From Candidatus Krumholzibacteriia bacterium (GTDB lineage: Bacteria > Krumholzibacteriota > Krumholzibacteriia > LZORAL124-64-63): a DNA stretch of 29,229 nucleotides. The DNA lies in assembly GCA_046484865.1 (NCBI GenBank), contig JAWOID010000022.1, positions 1-29,229 of the forward strand, given 5' to 3'. The position numbers and the translations under genes are program-made. The notes beneath the pieces were generated by a model. It ran no database searches, was not told the DNA's origin, and saw only the letters and a list, made by a program, of their open reading frames with translations. Of this stretch, positions 7,864-15,681 are shown piece by piece; the first letter of the stretch is position 1; every line of letters starts with the position of its first letter.

Positions 7864-10164
7864 GTGAACGCTTCGCCGCCGGGTCGCCCTGCGGGTCTCG
7901 ATCCCGCCCGCTCCTCGCGAAGGCCGCCGCTGCTGCGTCTGTGGCCGCGCGTCGTCGTGCCGGCCCTGCTGGGAGTGGCGCTGGTCTCGGCCGCCTTCTT
8001 CGCCGTGCTGCTGCCACGGGTGCGCGAGAACATCATGGACCGGCGGCGGGTGGAACTGCGGCACCTGGCGGCGCCCGTGTTCCACCGGCTCGAAGCGCTC
8101 GAGGCGCGGGCGCGCGCGGGCGAGATCACCGTCGACGAGGCGCAGCGGCGTGCCATCGAATACGTGCGCGAGCTGCGCTACGGCGACGACGGGCGCTCCT
8201 ACTTCTGGATCAGCGATCTCACTCCCACCCTGATCGCCCATCCGTACGTGCCGGAGCTCGAGCGGCAGGACCTGCGCGACTACGCCGATTCCGAGGGACG
8301 CCACCTGTTCCGGGAGATGGTCGAGGTGGTGCTCGATGACCCCGTCGAGCACGACGGCTATGTGACCTACCGGTGGCAGTGGCAGGACGACCCGGACCTC
8401 ATGCTGCCCAAGCTCTCGTACGTGAAGCTCTTTCCGCCATGGGGGTGGATCGTCGGCACCGGGGTGTACATCGCCGACCTGCAGCGCGAGACGGCCGCCC
8501 TGATGCGTGCCGTCACCGCCGTGGCGGCCGGCGTGGTCGTGCTCGTGGCGGTGCTCACCGGCTGGCTGGTGTGGTTGCAGCAGCACAGCGAGCGACGCCT
8601 CCGCCGCGCCCGCGCCGGGCTGCAGGTCAGCGAGTTGCAGCGGCAGGCGATCCTCGATCACACCTTCGAGATGATCGCCCTGGTCGATCTGGAGGGACGG
8701 ATCCTGGAGGCGAACCGGACCGCCCTGGAGTCGATAGGCGGTGAGATGGCCGCCGTGCGCGAGAAGCCGGTGTGGGCCGCCGGCTGGTGGCAGGAGCTTC
8801 CGGAGGAGCAGGAGCGTATCGAGGAGGCGGTGCGGCAGGGGGCGGCGGGCGAGTTCGTGCGGTTCGAGACCGTCCAGCGGGCGCGCGACGGCCTGCGCAG
8901 CGTCGACTTCTCGCTGAACCCGGTTTTCGACGACGGTGGCTCCGTCCTGTTCCTGGTGGCGGAAGGACGCGACATCACCGAGCGCAAGCTGGCCGAGCAG
9001 ACCCGACAGCGCCTCGAGTCCCGCCTGCGCGAGTCGCAGCGGTACGAGGCCGTGGGGAAGCTGGCGGCCGGGGTGGCGCACGACTTCAATAACCTGCTCA
9101 CCACGATCCTCGGCAATGCCGAGCTGGCTCAGCTGGAACTCGCGGCAGACCATCCGGCGCGGGAGAGTCTCGGTCCGATCGTGCGCGCCGCCGAGACCGG
9201 CGCGCAGCTGACCCGGCAGCTCCTCAGCTTCGCCGGTCGGGGCCGTTTCCAGAGCGCCCCGGTGGACATCCACCGGATCTTGCAGGATCTGCGCAGTCTG
9301 CTCGGCCACGCGGCAGGCCCGGACACGCGCATCGAGCTGCAGCTCGCGCCCGGTCCGGCGGTGATCATTGGCGACGCGGCGGAGTTGCAGAGCGCGCTGC
9401 TGAACCTGGGACTGAACGCGCTGCAGGCGATGCCCGGGGGAGGCCTCCTCACCTTCGCCACGCGCCGGGAAGGCGCACCCGGCGACGGACCCGCCGCCGA
9501 CCGCGATCCCGGGGCAAAGGAGCAGGTGGTGGTGGAGGTGCGGGATACCGGCACGGGGATCGCGCCCGATATCCAGCGGCACGTCTTCGAACCGTTCTTC
9601 ACCACCCGTGCTGAGCTGGGCGGCACCGGTCTCGGGCTGGCGGCGGTGCACGGCTGCGTGCAGAGCCATGGCGGCACCATCGACGTCGACAGCATCGAGG
9701 GCGAGGGCACCACGATCACGATCCGCTTGCCGTTGCACGACGAGGTCGAGCCGGTGACGGAGCGGGAGACTGGCGCCGAACCGGCTGCAGGCGGCGACAT
9801 CCTGCTGGTGGAGAGCAACGCCGAGGCGAGGCGGACCATCGCCGGGCTCCTGCGGCGCGGCGGCTGCCGGGTGACCGAGGCGGCGGACGCCGGCGAGGCC
9901 CTGGCGGCTCTCGAGGTCGCCGGCGAGGTGGATCTCGTCCTCTTCAGCACGGGCGCGCCCGCCGGAAGCGGAATGACCCTCTGGCGGGAAGTTCGCCGCC
10001 GCCGGCCGCGGGTGCCGGGCATCGCACTCTCGGCCGGAGGCGAGCCGGCCGCGCTGGCCGCCTTGCAGGAGGCCGGAGTCGCGGCGGTGTTGCCGAAGCC
10101 GCCTCCGCCGGACGAGTTGCGACGGCGGGTGGCACGTCATCGACGGCGCCGGCGAGACGCTTGA
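7864..10164 (+). CDS. Membrane hybrid sensor histidine kinase: TM, Cache_2, TM, PAS, HisKA, HATPase_c, degenerate receiver
   Basis: Cache_2 signature LRYGDDGRSYFWI...IAHP...PKLSYVKLFPPWGWIVGTGVY between two TM helices. PAS (ILDHTFEMIALVDLEGRILEAN...EGRDITERK). H-box LAAGVAHDFNNLL, N-box LLNLGLNA, DTGTG/FEPFFTT/GTGLGL. C-terminal REC fold with KP motif. GTG start preceded by GGAGG. Confidence 0.93.
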   Translation: MNASPPGRPAGLDPARSSRRPPLLRLWPRVVVPALLGVALVSAAFFAVLLPRVRENIMDRRRVELRHLAAPVFHRLEALEARARAGEITVDEAQRRAIEYVRELRYGDDGRSYFWISDLTPTLIAHPYVPELERQDLRDYADSEGRHLFREMVEVVLDDPVEHDGYVTYRWQWQDDPDLMLPKLSYVKLFPPWGWIVGTGVYIADLQRETAALMRAVTAVAAGVVVLVAVLTGWLVWLQQHSERRLRRARAGLQVSELQRQAILDHTFEMIALVDLEGRILEANRTALESIGGEMAAVREKPVWAAGWWQELPEEQERIEEAVRQGAAGEFVRFETVQRARDGLRSVDFSLNPVFDDGGSVLFLVAEGRDITERKLAEQTRQRLESRLRESQRYEAVGKLAAGVAHDFNNLLTTILGNAELAQLELAADHPARESLGPIVRAAETGAQLTRQLLSFAGRGRFQSAPVDIHRILQDLRSLLGHAAGPDTRIELQLAPGPAVIIGDAAELQSALLNLGLNALQAMPGGGLLTFATRREGAPGDGPAADRDPGAKEQVVVEVRDTGTGIAPDIQRHVFEPFFTTRAELGGTGLGLAAVHGCVQSHGGTIDVDSIEGEGTTITIRLPLHDEVEPVTERETGAEPAAGGDILLVESNAEARRTIAGLLRRGGCRVTEAADAGEALAALEVAGEVDLVLFSTGAPAGSGMTLWREVRRRRPRVPGIALSAGGEPAALAALQEAGVAAVLPKPPPPDELRRRVARHRRRRRDA

Positions 10165-10194
10165 AGGGGTGCTCAGTCGCCTTGCCGCCAGGTT

Positions 10195-10223
10195 TTGACA
10201 AACCGACGGTCCGCGGCTAACGT
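10195..10223 (+). promoter_or_regulatory. sigma70-type promoter for the Na/Pi cotransporter-PhoU operon
   Basis: Perfect TTGACA (10195-10200) - 17 nt - TAACGT (10218-10223). Confidence 0.65.
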
Positions 10224-10280
10224 CCGCGCGGGAAACCGGGCCCGAGCCAGGCGTCGGCCTATCAGACGCTCAGGAAGGTC

Positions 10281-11588
10281 ATGAACCCGCGGGATCAGAA
10301 ACACCCCGCCGCGCCCGACGAGCCGGCACGCGACGGCGCGGGGTCCGGCGGCGAGACGGCCGCCGCCAGGGCCGTCACTCACGCTTCCGGTCTGCGCGCG
10401 GGAGCCGCGCCGCCGGGCCTGGAACCCGGCGTGCTGATCTCGGCAGCGCGCCGTCGGGACGGCGGCCGCGGCGAGGGACTCATGCGGGCGCTGGCGGTGT
10501 TCGTCCTGCTCTACCTGTTCCTGCTGGCCATCGCCCTGCTGAGTGCCGCCTTCAAGCTCTTCGGCGGCGAGTTCTCACGCCAGCTCATCGAGACCACCAC
10601 GAACCCGGTGATCGGCCTCTTGATCGGGGTGCTGGCGACCTCGATGATCCAGAGCAGTTCCTCGACCACCTCCATCGTCGTGGGCATGGTGGCCGCGGGT
10701 GCGCTGAGCGTGCGCGGCGCCATCCCGATCGTGATGGGCGCCAACATGGGCACCACGGTGACGAACACGCTGGTGGCCATGGGGTCGATGGGCCGCCGAG
10801 CCGAGTTCCGCCGCGCCTTCGCCGGCGCCACGATGCACGACTTCTTCAATCTCTGCACCATCGTGCTGATCTTCCCGCTGGAGCAGGCCACGCGCATCCT
10901 GGAACGCACGGCGACGTGGCTGTCCGCCGAGCTCGTGGGCACCAGCGGCGTGGAGTTCAATAGTCCGGTGAAGATCATCACCAAGCCGGTCGCGAAGGGC
11001 ATCGAGCACCTGTTCACGGACACGGCGGCGCTGTCGAACTGGCTGGCGGGGACGCTCATGCTCGTGCTGGCGCTGGCAATGCTGTTCACGGCGCTGACAT
11101 ACCTGCAGCGCACGCTCCAGACTGTCGTGCTCAAGCGGGCGGAGCGCAGCTTCCACCGGTACGTGACCCGGGGGGGGCTGTTGGCCATGGCGATCGGGCT
11201 GCTGGTGACGGTGAGCGTCCAGAGCAGTTCGATCACCACCAGCCTGCTGGTCCCGATGATCGGCGCCGGCATCGTACCGCTGGAGAGCGCCTTCGCGGTG
11301 ACCGTGGGCGCGAACGTGGGTACCACGGTGACCGCTTTGCTGGCGTCGCTGGCGGGGAACGGCGCGGCGGTGACGGTGGCGCTGGTCCACCTGCTGTTCA
11401 ACTTCGCCGGCATCGTGCTCATCTATCCGATTCCTGCGGTGCGGCGCATCCCCATCCGCATGGCGCGGACGCTCGCCTACCGGACCAGCCGCCGGCGTTC
11501 GTTCGCCTTCATCTACATGGGTCTGGTATTCTTCGTGGTGCCAATGCTCTTCGTGCTGGTGGAGCGGCTGGTGCGGAAAACCGGCTGA
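10281..11588 (+). CDS. nptA: Na+/phosphate cotransporter (NptA / SLC34-like)
   Basis: Two inverted-repeat QSSS motifs (MIQSSSSTTSIVV; SVQSSSITTSLLV), GANMGTT / GANVGTT, and AFAGATMHDFFN. Alternative start ATG 10482. Confidence 0.92.
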   Translation: MNPRDQKHPAAPDEPARDGAGSGGETAAARAVTHASGLRAGAAPPGLEPGVLISAARRRDGGRGEGLMRALAVFVLLYLFLLAIALLSAAFKLFGGEFSRQLIETTTNPVIGLLIGVLATSMIQSSSSTTSIVVGMVAAGALSVRGAIPIVMGANMGTTVTNTLVAMGSMGRRAEFRRAFAGATMHDFFNLCTIVLIFPLEQATRILERTATWLSAELVGTSGVEFNSPVKIITKPVAKGIEHLFTDTAALSNWLAGTLMLVLALAMLFTALTYLQRTLQTVVLKRAERSFHRYVTRGGLLAMAIGLLVTVSVQSSSITTSLLVPMIGAGIVPLESAFAVTVGANVGTTVTALLASLAGNGAAVTVALVHLLFNFAGIVLIYPIPAVRRIPIRMARTLAYRTSRRRSFAFIYMGLVFFVVPMLFVLVERLVRKTG

Positions 11589-11604
11589 GCTCCCGGAGGT
11601 GGAC

Positions 11605-12309
11605 ATGGGCTTCAAGTCGATCCTCGATATCTTCCGGCAGGACGACTGGACCAGCGAACTGGTGGACCGGATCGAGGAGATGCTCGACTGCGCGGCCGAG
11701 ATGCTCGGCTACGTGGTGGGCGTGCTGATCCATGGCGAACCGGACGACGATCCGCAGGGCGAGGTCTACGACACCGACCGGCACATCAACGGACTCGTAC
11801 GCGAGGTGCGCAGGCTTCTGGTCACGCGGCTCTCCGTGAGCACCGACCGGACCCAGATCCCCACGGCGCTCATCTTCATGAATGCCGTCAAGGATGCCGA
11901 ACGCATCGGCGACTACATCAAGAACCTCTACGAGGTCGTCGGCATGCAGCCCCCGGAGCCGGATCGCGAGCTCTACCAGCACTGGCTGCAGGGACGCAGC
12001 AAGAGCATCGAGGACCTGCTCGGGCTCACGAGCATGGCCTTCGCCGCGAGCGACGACGAGAAGGCCGGCGCGGTGATCAACCGCGCCCGGATCCTGGCCC
12101 GCGAGGCCGAGACCGCCATCCGCGAGATCGTGGCCAGCGACCTGAACACGCGCGACGCCGTGTGCCTGGTGCTGGTGCTGAGGTTCTACAAGCGGATCGT
12201 GGCGCACATGTCGAACATCGCCACGACCGTGGTGATGCCGGTGGACCTGCTGGATTTCCACGACGAACCGGAGCAGATGGGCCCGCGACCGCCTCGCGAG
12301 GCGCGTTGA
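11605..12309 (+). CDS. PhoU-domain protein (phosphate uptake regulator family)
   Basis: RBS GGAGG (11595-11599) precedes ATG 11605. Two PhoU-like helical repeats (D..IN...REVRR...KDAERIGDYIKN; RFYKRIVAHMSNIA). Lies directly after the Na/Pi cotransporter. Confidence 0.85.
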   Translation: MGFKSILDIFRQDDWTSELVDRIEEMLDCAAEMLGYVVGVLIHGEPDDDPQGEVYDTDRHINGLVREVRRLLVTRLSVSTDRTQIPTALIFMNAVKDAERIGDYIKNLYEVVGMQPPEPDRELYQHWLQGRSKSIEDLLGLTSMAFAASDDEKAGAVINRARILAREAETAIREIVASDLNTRDAVCLVLVLRFYKRIVAHMSNIATTVVMPVDLLDFHDEPEQMGPRPPREAR

Positions 12310-12371
12310 CTCGGACCGCCGGCGAACGCCGGGCTCGCCGTGCGGCCGGGCGAACGGCGCGGGGCCGGCCC

Positions 12372-12400
12372 TTGGCCCGGCGCGCGCCGGCTGCTAGCAT
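12372..12400 (+). promoter_or_regulatory. Putative sigma70-type promoter with extended -10
   Basis: TTGGCC (12372-12377) - 17 nt - TAGCAT (12395-12400), preceded by TGn. Confidence 0.5.
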
Positions 12401-12427
12401 CGAGTGTCGCTCCCGACAAGGAGAGCC

Positions 12428-12874
12428 ATGAGCGAGTCGGTTCCGGCCGCGAACCCGTCCGAGCCGAGGCCCCTGCTGGTGCAGGCGCGGTTCACTGCTC
12501 GCACCTACGACGTCGACTTCATGGGCATCGTCAGCAACATCGTCCACGTGCGCTGGCTCGAGGATCTGCGGTTGCGCCTGCTGGAGGAGTACTTGCCGCT
12601 CGACGAGCAGCTGACAGCCGGGTACGCCCCCATCCTGGCGCGGACGGAGATCACCTACAAGCAGCCGGTCCGCCTCGGGGAGACGGTGGGTGGACAGCTG
12701 TGGGTGAGCGACCTGGGCCGGCTCCGGTGGACCGTCACGGCCGAGTTGCACGTGGGACGCCACCTGGCCGCTGCCGCGGTGCAGAGCGGCGCCTTCTTCG
12801 ACCTGCACGCGCAGCAGCCGATTCCCATGCCCGAACCGCTGGTGCGAGCCTACCGGGAATGGCCCCGGGATTGA
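12428..12874 (+). CDS. Acyl-CoA thioesterase (YbgC/FadM, 4HBT hot-dog fold)
   Basis: RBS AAGGAG precedes ATG 12428. Motifs RTYDVDFMGIVSNIVHVRWLEDLR and EITYKQPVRLGE. Confidence 0.9.
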   Translation: MSESVPAANPSEPRPLLVQARFTARTYDVDFMGIVSNIVHVRWLEDLRLRLLEEYLPLDEQLTAGYAPILARTEITYKQPVRLGETVGGQLWVSDLGRLRWTVTAELHVGRHLAAAAVQSGAFFDLHAQQPIPMPEPLVRAYREWPRD

Positions 12875-12987
12875 CCGGCCCCGGACCGAGCGCCGCGAGC
12901 GAGGAGAGAGCATGTTCGTTTCCGAGGTTCGCAGCCGGAGTTCGCGACGATGATCCGGGCCAGGGCCGCCGCCACGGGAGAACCGTC

Positions 12988-13638
12988 GTGACGCGACCGC
13001 GCACCAACATCATCCTCTTTCCCGGGGTCGCCCCGCGGCGTCTGCTGGTGTTCAGGGTGGAACTGGTCCTCGTCCCGGTGCCCGTGTGGCGGCGCATCGC
13101 GGTCCCCGAGAGCTACACCTTCTGGGATCTGCACGTGGCCATCCAGGACGCCATGGGCTGGGCCGACCGCCACCTGCACCTGTTCACGCTGGACCATCCG
13201 GTGACGGGACAGCGCGCGTTCTTCGGTATCCCGGACGCGAGCGGCTTCCACGGCGCGCGGGAGATCCGGGCCGGCTGGGAGGTTCCGATCGCCGACTGGT
13301 TCCGCCCGGAATTGCCGCCTGCGCTGTACTCGTACGATTTCGGGGACGAGTGGCAGCACGAGCTCCAGATGGAGGGCACGCAGCCGCCGGAACCGGGTTG
13401 CGTCTATCCCGTGTGCATGGACGGGAGAGGAGCCTGTCCGCCCGAGGACTGCGGCGGGCCGGCGGCCTATGCGGAACTGCTGGAGGGACTCAGAAGCGGC
13501 GGCGTGACCGACCTTTCCCTGGCGCCCCGCGGTGCGGGCTTCGGCCCCGGTGTGATCGACCCCGACGCGTTCGATCCTCTCGCCGTTCGCTTCGACGATC
13601 CGCGGCAGCGGTGGGAACGCAGCTTCCGTCCGACGTAG
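12988..13638 (+). CDS. Plasmid pRiA4b ORF3-like protein
   Basis: GGAG precedes GTG 12988. Family motifs PVWRRIAVPESYTFWDLHVAIQDAMGW.D.HLHLF, YSYDFGDEWQHEL and YPVCMDGRGACPPEDCGG..AY. Confidence 0.9.
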   Translation: MTRPRTNIILFPGVAPRRLLVFRVELVLVPVPVWRRIAVPESYTFWDLHVAIQDAMGWADRHLHLFTLDHPVTGQRAFFGIPDASGFHGAREIRAGWEVPIADWFRPELPPALYSYDFGDEWQHELQMEGTQPPEPGCVYPVCMDGRGACPPEDCGGPAAYAELLEGLRSGGVTDLSLAPRGAGFGPGVIDPDAFDPLAVRFDDPRQRWERSFRPT

Positions 13639-14680
13639 AGGCGTCGCCCTGCGGGTCGGCCGCCACTCCCGTCGAGGCCGCCTCGCCGGCGGCGTCCCGG
13701 TCGTCGCCGGCGGCGTCCGCGGACTCCGGCGACGGACGGTCGACGACCGGGTTGACGCGGCACAGCCGCAGCATCTCGGCCAGACCGCCGAGGACGGGCC
13801 GCAGGCGCGCGAGCAGGACTTCCCAGGCACGATCGTCGTCCAGGAGCAGCGCTCGACGCACCGCGAGCCACGGCCCGACGTCGGGTTCGAGCTTCAGACG
13901 CGGATAGACCCAGACACCCAGGCCCCAGGTGTTGCAGAGAGCGTCCGCCAGCCCCACGAGAGCCGCTCCGGAACCGGCCTCGACGGCCTCGGCGCCGGCC
14001 GTGCCGTGGTGCTCCGCCACGGCTACGACCACCGATGGCGGCAGCGACCAGCTCGCGGCGATGCGCGCGGAGATCTGCGCGTGATCGAGCCCGCAGGCCT
14101 CCCGCTCGTCGTCGCGCGAGACGAGCCGCGGCCCGCCGGCGGTGGGCAGCACGCCGTCGAGGACCCGCTTCCCCGCATCGTGCAGCAGGCCGGCGACGAA
14201 CGCTTCCTCGGCTCCCAGATCGGAACGACCGCCGGCGCCGGGGGGGGAGCCCGGGCCGGGAGGCGAGGCGGCGTCGACGAGCATCCGCGCCGTCACGCCC
14301 ACGGCCATGGCGTGGAGCCAGAAGCCCTGGTCCGGGTAGTGATAGACCTTCAGCCGGTGATCGAGGAGGTCCCGGGAGCAGACCGCGTAGACCATGCGCT
14401 GGAGCCGCTCGAGACCGATGACGACGGACGCCTCGGCGAGCGTGCGCACCGGCCGCGCGAGGTTGAAGAAGCCGCTGTTCGCCTGCCGCAACAGCCAGGC
14501 GCGCAGCACCGGATCGCCGGCGAGCACCGACTCGAACTCCCGGGCGGTGAGGTATTCCTTGCGCGCGAGCGTGAGGAAGTCGCTGACCACCGCCGACAGG
14601 CGGGGCAGGTGCGCGAGGCGGTCCGCCAGGGCCGGCGGCAGGTCGCGGTCGCCCGCGGAGCCGGAAGCCCGGCGTTTCAT
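13490..14680 (-). CDS. HDOD domain protein (396 aa)
   Basis: LPRLSAVV...DPVLRAWLLRQANSGFF...TLAEASVVIG, FWLHAMAVG, AFVAGLLHDAGK, DHAQISARIAASWSLP...EHH. The ATG at 14680 overlaps the kinase stop (ATGA). C-terminal tail is low-complexity. Confidence 0.88.
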   Translation of the reverse strand: MKRRASGSAGDRDLPPALADRLAHLPRLSAVVSDFLTLARKEYLTAREFESVLAGDPVLRAWLLRQANSGFFNLARPVRTLAEASVVIGLERLQRMVYAVCSRDLLDHRLKVYHYPDQGFWLHAMAVGVTARMLVDAASPPGPGSPPGAGGRSDLGAEEAFVAGLLHDAGKRVLDGVLPTAGGPRLVSRDDEREACGLDHAQISARIAASWSLPPSVVVAVAEHHGTAGAEAVEAGSGAALVGLADALCNTWGLGVWVYPRLKLEPDVGPWLAVRRALLLDDDRAWEVLLARLRPVLGGLAEMLRLCRVNPVVDRPSPESADAAGDDRDAAGEAASTGVAADPQGDASTSDGSCVPTAAADRRSERREDRTRRGRSHRGRSPHRGAPGKGRSRRRF

Positions 14681-15423
14681 CGCGACGTCCAGGGGAAGGT
14701 CACGAGGTGCCGCTGCAGCTGGCGGGCGTTCCGGAAGCGGCTGAGGATCAGCGAGCGTTTCAGACCGCAGATGATGGCCTTGATCTCGGGCGGTTGCCGC
14801 CGGTACAGGCGCGCTCCGCCGAGCACGTCGTACAGGATGCGCACGAGGTCGGTGACGTCGCCCAGGATGCCCTCGGTGGCCGAACCCTCCCGGTGATAGA
14901 GGTCCAAAAGCCGGGGTTCGAAGCTGAGACCGCTGCGGCGCACGATCACGTTGTCGATGTGCAGGTCGCCATGGTACTCGCGCTGCTCGTGGACCTCGGC
15001 CAGCCCGCCCGTGAGGGCGTGGAGCAGGTTGAGCGCCTGGAAGAGATCGAGCCGCCTGCCCGGCTGGCGAGCCAGGAAGCGACTGAGCACCTCGCCCTCC
15101 ACGTAGTCCGAGACCAGCATGGTCACGGCCTGTCCGTCCAGTTCCACCGCCTCCTGCGTGTGGTACTTGATCAGCACCGCGCACTGGCGCAGCTTGTGCA
15201 GCTTGCGGGCGTACCGCCGCACCGTCCGGTTCTGGCGGTTGCGGCGGGGGAAGAAGAGCTTGGCCGAACGCTCGATGCCCGTGAGCAGCTCGCGCACGCG
15301 GTACACCTCGCCTTCCCAGCCGGTGCCCAGCCAGTCCAGCACGCGGTACTTGTCCGCCAGGATGGAGCCGGGCTCCAGGGCGAAAGCGGTGCCGGTACGG
15401 CGGCGGGTCGGACCATGGACCAT
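14677..15423 (-). CDS. Stand-alone atypical Ser/Thr protein kinase-like protein (248 aa)
   Basis: Gly-loop LGTGWEGEVY, beta3 Lys (SAK), hinge LVSDYVEG, catalytic loop HGDLHIDN, metal-binding LLDLY. RBS GAGGAG upstream. Confidence 0.88.
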   Translation of the reverse strand: MVHGPTRRRTGTAFALEPGSILADKYRVLDWLGTGWEGEVYRVRELLTGIERSAKLFFPRRNRQNRTVRRYARKLHKLRQCAVLIKYHTQEAVELDGQAVTMLVSDYVEGEVLSRFLARQPGRRLDLFQALNLLHALTGGLAEVHEQREYHGDLHIDNVIVRRSGLSFEPRLLDLYHREGSATEGILGDVTDLVRILYDVLGGARLYRRQPPEIKAIICGLKRSLILSRFRNARQLQRHLVTFPWTSR

Positions 15424-15515
15424 CCTGAACGGCTCCTCTCGGGAGTGATGCGCTCCGGGCGGTCGTCACCGGTGGGCGGACCGCCGGCGCGCCCTGCGCG
15501 GCTCGGCGAGCCATG

Positions 15516-15606
15516 ACGATGCCGCAGCGCGGCGCGGTGTCAAGGGCGACTCGTGGCTCGGCGGCATGCCCGGTCGGTTGCCTTGCCTGCGGCCGCGCGC
15601 TAGATT
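15516..15606. promoter_or_regulatory. Putative divergent promoter pair between the kinase-HDOD operon and the PAS histidine kinase
   Basis: Plus strand: TTGCCT (15578-15583) - 17 nt - TAGATT (15601-15606). Minus strand: TTGACA (15543-15538) - 16 nt - CATCGT (15521-15516; weak -10). Confidence 0.45.
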
Positions 15607-15681
15607 CGGCGCCGGCGGCGCGGGGGAGAACGCGTCTGGGCCGCTGCAACGTTATCGGCACCAATCCGCGGAGCTTTCACG

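Noticed and set aside
12988..13638. pRiA4b ORF3-like gene as evidence of a plasmid or IS element
   Set aside because: No transposase, integrase, terminal inverted repeats or compositional shift nearby; the family is common on chromosomes.
14681..15664. 724-aa ORF 13490..15664 read as one long HDOD fusion
   Set aside because: Its N-terminal part is an alternate frame over the kinase gene; the HDOD-like sequence starts at ATG 14680.
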